Part shown: positions 15,301 through 27,562 of the stretch, piece after piece
How the letters are laid out: each line of letters opens with the position of its first letter
Numbering within the stretch: position 1 is the stretch's first letter
Source of the DNA: Salpingoeca rosetta
Lineage: Eukaryota; Protista; Choanoflagellata
NCBI GenBank assembly: GCA_033442325.1
Contig: JAWQFM010000004.1
Span: 428,979 to 492,978, forward strand
Length of the DNA: 64,000 nucleotides
Reading direction: 5' to 3'
Notes under the pieces: model-generated
What the model was told of the DNA's origin: nothing
What the model saw: only the letters and a program-made list of their open reading frames with translations
The model's database searches: none
Program-made: the position numbers and the translations under genes

Positions 15301-17357
15301 CGGAACGCCCAACTACCACAACGGACCGCCCAACTACCACCACTGAGCGTCGCACCACAACAACTGAGCGTCGCACTACGACCACTCCTGGTGGAGATGT
15401 GTGTGGTGACTTGACTGCGACACGTGACTTCCTTGGCAGCCTCATCTTCTGCGGTCAGTCTGGCCATGCGTGCCCAGGTGGAAGCTTCTGTGGCAGCCGC
15501 GACTACTGCTGTGACCGCGCGGAGCCTTCCACCACGACAACGGAGCGCCAAACTACCACCGCTGAGCGTCGCACCACGACAACAGCGCCTGGCACCCGTA
15601 CAGAAACGCGCACAGAGACTAAGATGGAGACAACGCGTGCACGGACCACCACGGCTCCTCGCACTACAGCGACGGCAACTGCCACCGCCACACACACGCG
15701 CACACGCACCGAGGCCACCACGACAGTCCCTGCCACACACACGCGCACACGCACCGAGGCCACCACCACAGCGACGGCCACGCGTACAGCGACACGCACA
15801 CGCACCGATGCGGCCAGCACCACCACACCCATGTCTCGCATCCACTATGTCACCATCACCTTCCCCGACATTGACTTCTTCAGCGTGTTCACACACCCGT
15901 CCTCTGCGCGTGCGCTTGAGTTTGCGGGCGCCGTGTGGGAGAGGCTGGTCGAGGAGGACGTTGCCGGACCCAAGGAGATCCGCACCATCGACGTGTCGCT
16001 CGGTTCGAACGGTATCGACGTGATTGTCGGCGCCATCAACGCCGACGCCGCCGACCGTATTGAGCGCTACGTTGGCGCCCGCGCGTTCTGCATGCCCGTG
16101 TCGGAGGTGCAGATTGTGCTGTGCACGAGCGGTGCGCATCGCCAGCTCACCACCACGCGTGACACGCGCGCAACCACGACGGGCACGTCCGCGCGTCGCT
16201 GGACCACCACCACGACCGTGCGCATCAGCAACGGTGAACGCGTCGGTGCAGACAACAGCAACGGTGGCAACGGTGGCAACGGCGACAGTGGCTCCACGGG
16301 TGACGGGTCCGGGTTCAAGTTCTCCACCACGACCAGCATCATCCTTGGCGTGGGCACCCTCATCATCGCCATCGCTGTGATTGCCGTGCTTGTTGTTCGG
16401 CGCCAGGCCAAGCGACGCGAGGCGCTGCGGTCGGAGCAGTTTGCATTCAGCGACCACCGCCGCCGCAAGTCCAGCATCACCGCCTTTGCGCAGGCCCTGC
16501 ACTCGATGAGCGCGACAGACGTGTCCACGCCGCCTGCGTACGCCAGCCCGCAGCACAGCGCGCCGCCATCCTCCACAGCACCAACAGAGGTGGAGGTTGC
16601 TCGCATCAACACGGCCCACGCCCACCACGCATACCACCACGCCGACCCCAGCAGCGACGCGTCCAGTGCAACGTACGACCGCGCAACCTACGAGCGGGCC
16701 AGCTCTGCAGGGTATGATCCAATGGCGCAGAGCACAACGGCAGGCGGCATCCGCCTACTGCCTGGTCGCTCCACGCACGGCGATGACGCTGTGGTGGCAG
16801 GGTACACCGCCGCCAGCGCTTCTGGCGACTATGACATTGCAAGCAACCACTATGGATACTCCTCGACGCGTTACGACAACGCAGACCCGTATGCTGTTGC
16901 AGAGCCTGACATGACGGCGCCCGAGCAGGCACACATTCTCTCGCGCCAGCGCAGGTTGTCCCGTGGGAACTTGCTTTCTCCACGCACGAACGCCCTGTAC
17001 ACCCGCAACGCCCCCGAGATTGTTGCTGCGTCCAACGTGACGCGCGCAAACGCGCCGCCGCCACCGCCATTCCCGCTGCACGAGAGCAAGCGCAAGAAGC
17101 GCGTCGTTATCTCGGCTGATGTGCGCGACAACGTGCCGCTCGGTGCACCGGCGAAACCGCCCCGCTCGCGCACGAGCATGGACGAGAGCAGCACGGACGA
17201 CGCAGATGTTGATGCGGAGATGCAGCGGCTGCACCTCGGGGCAGGTCGGCGATCAGAGGAGCACGAGCTCAAGTCGATTCTGTCGCGGGCGCGCGCTGCA
17301 ACACCCACGTCTGCACAACTCCGACACAGGACCCCAACGCCGTCCCTTGATGTCTGA
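9339..17357 (+). CDS. Large type-I membrane protein: signal peptide, beta-sandwich, >=22 EGF repeats, SUEL lectin, Thr-rich mucin stalk, two Cys-rich repeats, SEA-like domain, TM, Tyr-rich tail
   Basis: ORF 9339-10217 runs up to the N gap (its TAA lies in probably unreliable sequence at the gap edge); EGF array 10321-13490; phase-0 intron 13541-13736 splits the last EGF (CEPNPCE|NGGTC); reading frame continues to 17357 with TM IILGVGTLIIAIAVIAVLVV followed by RRQAKRR. Continuity across the gap is inferred. Confidence 0.85.
10221..10320. other. Assembly gap (100 N)
   Basis: Run of n characters. Confidence 1.
10321..13490 (+). repeat. Coding tandem array of 20 near-identical 159-bp units (53 aa: EGF plus T/P linker)
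   Basis: Unit ICD(S/T)NPCLNGGTCKSKDHGRDYKCYCPHGYKGERCEINRYTTTPSRPTTTEND recurs every 159 bp; copy 3 has indels and a TGA. Confidence 0.97.
14350..15580 (+). repeat. 21-bp coding minisatellite (TTTTERR/TTTTERP) plus a 345-bp duplication containing a 6-Cys module
   Basis: Heptapeptide repeats; GGDVCGDLTATRDFLG(N/S)LIFCGQSGHACPGGSFCGSRDYCC occurs at ~15045 and ~15390. Confidence 0.92.
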
Positions 17358-18025
17358 GCACGTGCTGTGCTCTATGTATGTGTTCGTGTCTGTGCCTGTG
17401 TGTGTGTGTGTGTGTCTGTGTGTCTGTGTGTCTGTGTGTCTGTGTGTCTGTGTGTGTGTGTCTGTTTGTGTTTGCTCTAGTTCTGCTGCTTCCCGATGTA
17501 TCTTTTCGCTCTTCCTTGCCAGCTCTGTTGACCAGTGCTGGCTCAGGTTCACTTGGCAGTTTTGCATCATGGTGTTTCAATGCATCATCAGTGTTTGCTC
17601 ACGCTGTCGTTTGACCACAAGCAACTCCTGCCCTTCTCCCTGTTCTCCTGAGTTTGGCTGACGGGTGCTTGGCTTGCCCTTCTTCGTATTCCCATAAACG
17701 AACACCTTTGCAACAACCCAGTGAATTGGTGTGACAGACATCGACGACACGAACAAACAGCGCACGGTGCGACGGTGGGCTGTGTGTTATACGTGGTTCT
17801 TGTATTGGGTTATGACGCCAGCCATCGTACGAAGGGCTGATAAAAAAGAAGTTGAGATTAGAACAACGGAAACAAAAGGCAACAACACTCCAACCAAACA
17901 AACGCAAGCGATCACATCATGTTACAACACCTCACGGAAGCAGAAAAAGACCTAAGGAAGGATGACCGCACGAACAACATCACGGACACAACCACCCAAA
18001 AGAACAGGGGTTGGGCATTCACGCT

Positions 18026-20903
18026 TCAAACGCGCTGCTTGAAGGAGGAGAGGGTTGGGTAATCAACCATGGCCCTGTGGCAAATCAAACGCAAGGAGAG
18101 GTGATGCAACAACGTTAAAAGTGGTGAGGAGTCTGCAAGTGTGCAAGCAGGGCAAGTGTGCGTGTGTGCATGACGTGTGCGTGTGTGCATGACGTGTGCA
18201 TTTGTGCATGACGTGTGCGTGTGTGCATGAAATATGCGCGGGTTCAAATGGTGTGCAAGTGTACGGCTTACTCCTTGATGCGCGGGTGGATGCGGTCGCG
18301 TGGGAAGCCCGAGTACTCGAGGAAGCTGACGTACTTCTCCAGGCCGTACAGCTGGCCCTGATCGAAGTCGGCAATCACCTCCGCCTCAAAGTCGTCAAAC
18401 AGCGCGAGGTTGAAGCGGTCCTCCTTGAACTGCTGCTCCAGCCCGTAGCCGTAGAACCGAAACAGGCACTCAAGCCCATACCTGGGGGGGGGGGGATGAT
18501 GGTGAGATAATGGTGGTGAGATAATGATGGTGAGATGAGGGTGGCTGTGCGGAATTGTGGTGGTGATGACGGCCATTTGCACAAAAAGCAGGACTTGCAG
18601 CACGCTTGCAACCGCATAACGACACTTGTACATGGAACATGTGCGACAGCCGTACCGGTGGCCGCCCTCTGCGTCGCGGTGCGCCAGCGCACGGAACTCA
18701 TCGTACATGGCCCTGTGCACACACACACACACATGTGAAGAGTGGAGCGGGTATGAGAGCAAGCCAAAATTGTTGGTCCATCATGAAGGTCTTCCTGTTG
18801 CAGCACACAACGCTACCACTGACTGCTTCACATCACACTGCAACCCATAGCGTGGCAGGAACAGCAGCAGGAACAACAGCAGGAACAGCAACAGCGGCCG
18901 CACGCACGCACTTGATGAAGCAGTCGCGGAGGAGGTACGACCAGAACCGGTACAGCCGCGGCATGGTCCAGTGGTTCGTCTCGTCCTGCTCGCCTCGCAT
19001 GCACCTGGTGCACAGCGCGCAAGTCATCCATGGCACCCACGGTGAGGAAAGAACTTCAATCTCAACGCATGTCGCTTGCACTGTTGCGCGGTGCGGAACA
19101 GAAAACCACACATACGCACCACGTCAACACTCGCAACAGCCACATGTCTGTCTGTGTGTGTGTGTGTATGTGTGTGTGTGTGTGTCTGTGTGTGTGTGTG
19201 TGTCTGTGTGTGTATGTATGTATGTGTGTGTGCTCACTTTTCGTGAAAGGCGGTGTAGGTGTCCTGGTTGAAGCGGACGCCATCAGCAAACACGACCGTC
19301 GACCCGCGGTGCTCGTTCTCCTCATCAATGTACCAGCCAACGCCTACAGCAGCACCAAATACACACACACATACATACATACAAGTGTGTAACATGAGCA
19401 TATGATTCCACGAGAACGCATTTCAGTCTCACCTCCTTCTCATGCGTGTCCCGTGACCACCCTCTCATGGCACTGGATGACGATGATGAACACCCCCTCC
19501 CCTTTGTCTGTCTCCTCCCACCTCACCACACCTTGCCATACCACATCCGACAACGCACCCTTCTCTGTAACGGCGTCTGGCGAGTACTTGGTCTTGAACG
19601 TCTGCGACCCCTTGGCGTGCTGCGTTCATTCACAACAAGCGAGCGTTCATTCACAACAAGCGAGTGAGCCGCTCACGATGGCAATGAAAGGGAGAGAGAT
19701 GCATGACACGACAAGGGCGGAGATACGAGCATGTGGAGATCGTGGCAATTGCTGACATGTGCGTTGTACAATGCAACAACAGCGCACACAATGTGCACGA
19801 CACCACAGCACCACTGCTCCCTTACCTTTGGACGCGTAGGCTTGTAGTAACGAAGAGCCTGAGCAGAGGACGGCAATAGTCATCAATCACACATGTTTTC
19901 AAGACGCATCACAAAGAACCGGTAGGAAGCGTGAGAGGGGTGGTGTGTTTACGAACCAACACCACCACAGACAAACAAAGGCATGCACACGTACACACAC
20001 TCAATCACACACAATCACACACAATCACACACAATCACACACAATCACACATCAGCGCGCACACATCACCATCACCATCACCGCCACGTGAATCAGGGCT
20101 GGTGCAGCACCTGTGAGTCCTGGACTTTGTTGAGCGGGGAGCGGCGGCCCGGGCGGGAGCCGGTCGAGTTGGCGCGGCGGTGGCGCCCGCCATTCCCCTG
20201 CGTATTCGCAAACGTCTGCACATGGCCAATATGCAATGAGGTGTTAGGCGGGGTGGGACTGGAGGGGAGAAGAAGGGGGAGGAGAAGAGGTGTCAATGCA
20301 CCTGCAGTTGTCTGCTTGTCTGCCTGCCTGTCTGGCTGAGTAAGGGACAGTCATGTAATCACACAGCTGCGCATGCTAAAGAACGCACCGGTTCCCAGTG
20401 GAGGGAGGAGGGTGACTCTGAGCGCTTGGAGGCGTTGGAGACGCGGCGATACGGGCTTGCCCGGTCAGCCTGGTGAGGGGAGGAACAAGTAACAAGGTGG
20501 GCAGTGTCATCAAAAAAGCACAAGTGAGACAAGAGTGCAGATCGGAGAGAACAGATACACAAGCTGCACGAACAGATAAACAAGCTGCACTGATGAGCCA
20601 AAGCACAATACACGTACGCTCATGTGTGCGCGGTCGTAGACGATGCGGAGGAGGTTGATGCCGCTGGCCGACAGCTGGTCCTCAGGATACGCGCGACGCC
20701 TGACGTGTGGTAGTGGTGGTAATCGTGGTGGGCGATGGTGAGTATGATGATGGCCATGATGGTGGTGACCGGGTTATTTGTGAAGGTCGACTGGGGCGAC
20801 TGTGGGGCGGTGGCGTTTGCACAAGAGCTGCATGGTTCATGAAGCTTACGCTGCTGGCTGTGGATCGTCGTCGAGGCAGCCGTCATCCTCAATGGGACCG
20901 TCT

Positions 20904-20965
<62 letters not shown>

Positions 20966-21551
20966 AAAGGCAGCGGGGATGAAGGTGGAGGTCAGACAAC
21001 ATGTGGTTGGTCCTTCGACACGCAGCATGATCAACAACGATGAACAACCACTCCAGCCACGCTGAACAACCACTGCCAAACACACACACACACACACACA
21101 CTCCACGACATGAGTCCCCGGCAGCTACAGCGCACACCTTCAAACTCGAACGAGTCCAGCAGCTTGTCGAGAGGCTTGTCCTCCACCTTGTGGCCATTCG
21201 CTTCCGTGGCATCCTTCTTGTTACCTTTCTCATCGCCAAAGCTGCTCGGAAAGCACAAGTAGATGTGACACAGGTTGGGCAGCGAGCATGGTGAGGTGCA
21301 TGGTAAGACGCATGAGGCGCAAAAACACAGAAGCGAAGCAAAGCTCGCTCAGAAGCTTCGCATCTGATTGTCAAGGCATTGCGCCTGGCTCACTCCACAT
21401 CACACAAATGGCCGGACTCACATCACTGGGATGAGGCAGCCGTCCGTCTTTGGCTTGATGGCATCCACTGTCGACAAACAAGGCATAGGTAGGGGCCCTC
21501 ACATGTGAACACATTGCTGGTGCAACGCTGCACAGCAACCAAGTCGACAGT

Positions 21552-21625
<74 letters not shown>

Positions 21626-22038
21626 CGCGCACGCGTGCGTGTTCACAGGTTCAAACGGACCGATGTCCGAAGACCTGGTGGTTGGCTCGGATGAATTGCG
21701 CTGGCGCCAGTTGTGGTTGATACCTGAGCAACCAGCCATGCGTGCAAACCGAGCGTGCGTGAGACGATGCAGCGACAAACAGGCGGCGATAGAGCGCATG
21801 TATAGAAGGGGGAGGGTGTGACGCAAACGTGTGCTGCGAAGATGAGACGTGGCACTGCAAACACACACATACACACACACGCACACACACGCACACACGC
21901 ACACGCACACACACCTGGGCGACGGCCCTTGCCGAAGCTGTGCGTACGTCGACGCTGATCGCCAAAGGAGTCGGAGCGCTGCCGACTGCTTGAGCGATGG
22001 CCGCCATACCGGCTACTCGAAGCTCCGCGGGAGGACAT
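18026..22038 (-). CDS. LARP1: La-related protein 1-like (DM15 cap/TOP-binding repeats)
   Basis: Spliced exons encode MPRLYRFWSYLLRDCF, MYDEFRALAHRDAEGGHRYG|LECLFRFYGYGLEQ, DFDQGQLYGLEKY and a last exon EAMVDYPTLSSFKQRV*, matching the LARP1 DM15 region; start MSSRGASS at 22038 is tentative. Confidence 0.88.
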
Positions 22039-23599
22039 TGTGCTGCTCTTTGCTGGGGTGTGCTGGAATGCGCGGACGCGTGTGTGGGTGGGTGGGTATG
22101 TGCTGCCTTGTCTAGCCCCGTCGCTGGTCAACAGATGCTGCTACTCGACTGCGGCTGACCGGTAATGGTGCACACGCGAGAGAGAGAGAGAGAGGGGCGG
22201 CAACAGACACACGGGTGTGTGTGCGTGTGTGTGGTGGACGTGATGCTGTGCCCTGTCGAAGAAAATGAGCGGCAGCGACGGGATATGAGAGATGTTGAGC
22301 AATATGTTGAGGAGGAATGACGAGGGAGATGTTGAGACAATCCAAACAAACACGTTCACGCCAGTCAAGAGGACGGAAAAAAATTGTGGAGTGAGAATCG
22401 GGCGAGCGACAGCGGAGCCCTTTATTCACCAAGCCTGCAGGCACGTGTGCGCGGTGCAATGACAGCTGGCGCAAGCCCGCACAAGATAGCAAACAAACAG
22501 GACTCACGTTTGCTTGCTGATCCGGTTTGGAATGGAATGAAAGGCGTCAGCTGGCGCCGGGTGTGTGGTAAACACTCACGTTCCTCCTTCGTGAGCGGCT
22601 GTTGCGGCAATGGTGCGAGTTGCCTTAACTCGTGTTGATGTGCTGCGGTTCAGGGTTTTGTTTGGGTTCCTTCGCGGCGTTCGAATGTGGCACGCACGCC
22701 AACAGCTAGGACGTCGATGCTTGCTTGCTTGCTTGCTTGCCACCTGACGTGATGATGGTTGCAGCCCGCCCGCAGAAAAAAAAAAAGGCAGACAGGAAGC
22801 GCAAGCGACGGGCTGGCTGGCGCGGGTGCGGGAGGGGAGGGTGTTTGGCAAGGACCGCACAAGAAAAAGGGCGGGTTCTGTTGCCGTTGCTGTTGTGCTT
22901 GCTGGTTCTTCATGCGCGTTTGTTTCGTGGCGTTTGGTTGGCGGGCGGGAATGTGCCACGCGTGTCCCGAAAAAACGATGACCGAACTGCAATTTGGATG
23001 AAATTTTCCCTAAATTTTCGCTGCGTGGTTGGGTTGCGGGTTTTGCCGCGAACCGGTGTTTGCATGTGAAACAGCACAAGCAGTAGCCAACTGTTGTGGG
23101 GTGCGTTGCGATGCAAAGGTATCGACACACGACACACAAAAGCATACACAGCTTCATCTTGGCTGTTGCACGCTTTGACGTTGGCTGTTGTTTGTTGTTG
23201 TTGTTTGTGTTTGTGACGTGAGCAGTGCATGCAGGGCTGCATGTTGCGCGTTTGACGTGTGTTGAAGAGAAGAAGGAGAGGAGGACGAAGAGTACGAGCG
23301 GCACACACCACTTCTTGCAACCACACACACACACACACACGCACAGAAATCGCACCCACGTCGTTGTCGCAACTGTCACTGTCCCACATCGCACCCACCA
23401 CACCCATCAACAGCAGCAGCAGCAGCAGCATCTGACTTGTCTCACACCAGCTTGAGCAACACAAGGCCGTCATCTGCTGACTCCGGTCACAGCGACATCG
23501 CTTCACATCGCTTCACATCGCTTCACATCGCTTCGCAGCACAGCACAGCACAGCACAGCACAGCACAACACACGCAGTGGCACTGCCAACGCCGCGTAC

Positions 23600-24053
23600 A
23601 TGTTTCCACGATGGCTGCGCCCCATGGTGGTTGTGGTGGTGTTGTTTGGGCTGGCATCGTTCGGCCATGTGGTGTATCTGCGCCTGCGACCGGAGATCCG
23701 GCGCACGCTGCGGTTCCCGCCGCTGCCGCCAGCATCAACGCCATACCCGCCACTACCAGTCATTGAGGACTTGGAGGTGCTTGTGGACTTCTTCCGCACG
23801 TCCCTTGACGATGTCGCTGAGGACACGACAAAGTCCCTCTGCGTTGCCGCGTCGTACAGTTTTGGCTGGACGCTCGTCGGTGACCGTAACTTTCGGCTGG
23901 CCAGAACCGCCGGCATGGCGCTTGGCTTGGGTGCCTACATGGGCTGCGATCGGCTCGGCGACGCCATTGGCGACCGAGCCGCGGATCTCATCACCTCCAC
24001 CATGACTATGCTCGGGTGCGTGCGTGCGTGTGCGTGTGCGTGCGCGTGTGTGT

Positions 24054-24100
<47 letters not shown>

Positions 24101-25398
24101 TGTCTGTCTGTCTGTGTCTGTCTGTCCGTGTGTGTGTGTGTGTCTGTGTGTCTTGTCTGTCTGTGTGTATGTATGTATGTGTGTGTCTGTCTGTCTGTAT
24201 GTCCGTGTCCGTGTGTATGTGTATGTGTGTGTGTGTGTGTTTATATCTGTGGGCGAGCTTGTCTCCGTCCCCATGTGCATGTCCATCAGTGCGTGCATGG
24301 CCGTGGCTACACAAGACACGCGATTGCTCTCATGCCACCTTCTGCCTTCTCCTCTCCCCCACGCCAACGTCTCAATGTTAACCGGCTCCCCGCCCTTCCT
24401 ACTTGTGCACTTGCAGGTATGTACCGCCGCTGCCCGAACCCAAGCGGGAGAAGAACTTTTCGCTGTTATCACGCGTCGCAGATGACGCCATGGAGGACAG
24501 CTTCAAGCTCGTGTGCCTGTGGTCGCACATCATGATTGGCGGCTTGCTCGGTGATAACCTCATTGTCAACACCTTTGGCATGCAATCCACCAGCCTGAAC
24601 TGGGCCATTCGCCTCGGGGTGCCTGCTGCCAAGTACAACCTCTGCAACATCTACGCCGACTATCTTGGCGAGTGGGTGCACTATCACATTGGACACATGA
24701 CGCAGTCATGGTCGCCCCAGCTCAGAATCGCCTCCATCACCACCACCACCAGCAGCAGCAGCAGCGACACCACACATGCTCATGGGCCGTCCCTCCTTAC
24801 AGGCGCGTGCTCCAGTTCCGGCAGTTGCGGTAACCGGAACAGTCGCCACCATTCTGCGCATGGTGGTGGCGGTGGTGATGGTGCTCAATGTGGGCGCTAT
24901 GGTGGTGATTGCATGGCAGGTCACGATGGCGGGAATGGTGGCAGCAGGCGCGATAGCAGAGCAGTCGACGTGTGCGGTTCGCCGAGCTTCACAACCTGGC
25001 TGTGCTCGTGGTGGACGCTGGTGTGGGAGTGGCTGGAATGGCTGCTCCCGTGGTCGCAGCCGCCTGCAAACGGGCTCACACACGCCCCAACACCACGCAG
25101 AGGCGCAGCCACAGCAACAGTCGCAGCAACAGCGAGCACAGTGCGGACACGGGAGGAGCGGCTTCGGGCTGCACAGGAGCTGCTACAGCGGTACTCGCGC
25201 CCGCGCCACGGCGGCAGTAGTGGTGGTGGTGGTGGTAGTAGTGATGACAGTGATGGTGGTGGTGGTGATGGCAGTGATGGTGGCGATGCTTGTGGTATTG
25301 GTGAACGTGGTGCTGGTGACACCCTCGATGAAGGAACAACATCCACTGCCCGCGGTGGTGGCGCTGCTGATGCTCATCCCGATGGCGTGCGTGTATGA
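23600..25398 (+). CDS. Hypothetical membrane protein with an internal two-fold repeat
   Basis: N-terminal hydrophobic helix; exon 1 to ~24015, TG-rich intron, exon 2 ~24418-25398. Confidence 0.7.
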
Positions 25399-25936
25399 TT
25401 GCGCTTTTGCAGTTGTCCCCTGACCGCTCTTCGCCTTGGCTGAGATGATGCGCATGCATGCGTGCGTTTGTGAGTGTGAGTGCCGTTTGCGTGCATTTTG
25501 GATTTCACATTTTGGATGTTATTTTCACCCCTTTGACTCCTCTATTGCTCTAAAGACTAGATTGATGACATTTGCATCATGCGTGTTGCTGGCTTGTGTG
25601 CTTCTGCTGGCTGACGTGACTGGCTGGCTTGTAATCGACTGTTGCTTGATACAATGAAAAAGAGAGAGAGAGAGAGAAAGCATTTCGCAGGTGACTGCTT
25701 TCACACGCACGCACGCACGCACGCATGCACGCACGCACGCACACCAGTGCCACGATCTGAGTGGAAGGAGAATGGGGCCTTTAAAAGGGGGGGAGAGAGA
25801 GAGAAGGGGGGAGTGAAGGAGCAAAGCAGCAGGGCGCGCACACTCAGCATCACAACAATCGTCGTTGTCGTTGTTGTCGCTGTTCTTGAAATTGCTGGTG
25901 TTGCTGCTGTTGCTGCTGTTGCTGCTGTTGGCGTCG

Positions 25937-26174
25937 TCATGCGGGCTGCCTGCTGCCAAGACACCACAGCTGCACACGCGCGCACGCAAACCGTCGCCTC
26001 AGTGATGTGCCGTCCACAAGCGGGGGCGATGCAAACGTGGTCGATGCAGAGGACACGCCACGGGAGAGGTCGTTGTCCAGCTCAATGGCATGACCATCAG
26101 GACCCCCACCAACGCAGATGGAGTCACCGATGATCGTCACGAACAGCGACGGCGGGTCTTCATCAACATAGTCA

Positions 26175-26234
<60 letters not shown>

Positions 26235-27507
26235 TGAGGACGTGGCAAGTTGGGTCCCTCCAAAACGCACTGCGTCATGTACATATACAAACATACACAA
26301 ACGCGCACGCACACACACATGCACACACGCGCACAGCGCGCGCCGTCGCCACACCAGCGCACCTGCATCTGCACACCACGGGTAAACGGTCATGGCTCCA
26401 CTCGTGTTGGAGAACACAAACGACTCGCCCGTGCCCTGATAGTCGGTCGCCTTGATGCAGTCGTTCCTGATGCACGCGTGAGAGAAGCATGAGAGAGGAG
26501 GGTATCACGCATGGTGAGAAAAATGAACAGAAAGCCTCACTGCAAAGAAACGAAGTACATTCATCTCAGCAACGTGTTCGCAAACCAGACCTTTCTTCCT
26601 CCCTTGGCTCGTTCGTTCCCTCTTTGCTTGATCCTTCCCTTCCTTCTTCCTTCCATCCTTCCTTCCTTCCTGCCTTCTCCTCTCCCCTCCCCTCCTCCTT
26701 CCTGCTTGCACCGCCTACCACGCTGCAGTGAGATATGCACCGATGGTGCTGCCGGCGTCCGTGCGAATGAGAAGAAGAAGCGGTGACGCCGTTCGCGATC
26801 GCGACAACAGCGAGTGGAAACTGCACGGTCGTGGTCGTGGTACGAAGGCGACATTGGAGGGTGAGGGACGCATGAATGGTGGCGAAATGTGCATAATCAC
26901 ACGCACGCGCGCGCGCGTGTGTGTGTGTGTGTCTGTGTGTGTGTGTGTCTGTGTGTGTCTGTGTGTGTGTCTGTGTGTGTGTCTGTGTGTGCGTGCGAAT
27001 GTGTTCGGATATACATGCGCATTCACACACATGACATGCACACACACAGACACACACACGACATGCACACTGGAGCAGAGGAACGCGCAGACCTGTGCCC
27101 GTGCTCGTGCGAGTCGAAGATGCAGACGAGGGAGTCGAGGCGGTGACGCATGGGCACTTCCCGCCACACGGGCGCCCACTGGTGGTGGTGGTGGTCGACA
27201 TGATGGTGGCGGTCGTTGTGGTGGTGGCGGCGGTGGTGGCGGCGGTGTGGAGTGGTGGTGGTGAGGACGGAAGGCGACAATCGTGGAAGACTTGAAGACC
27301 ATCCAAAAAAACTTCACACGCGCACGCACGCACACACGCACGCACGCACACACGCACACACGCAGCGGGCAGCCTGCCCAGCAGAGCGTGTGTGAGAACT
27401 CACGTCATTCTTGGCCATGATGTCACACGGATGATCCAGGCCCGGCGTATCCGGCAGACGCACGCGGCCGTGATAGCTGCCAAAGGGTGTGTGTGTTTGT
27501 GTGTGTG

Positions 27508-27562
<55 letters not shown>

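Noticed and set aside
13692-16640. 982-aa antisense ORF
   Set aside because: Reverse complement of the mucin/lectin exon; no independent protein features.
9339-17357. Notch or Delta orthologue
   Set aside because: No LNR, NOD, ankyrin or DSL domains visible.
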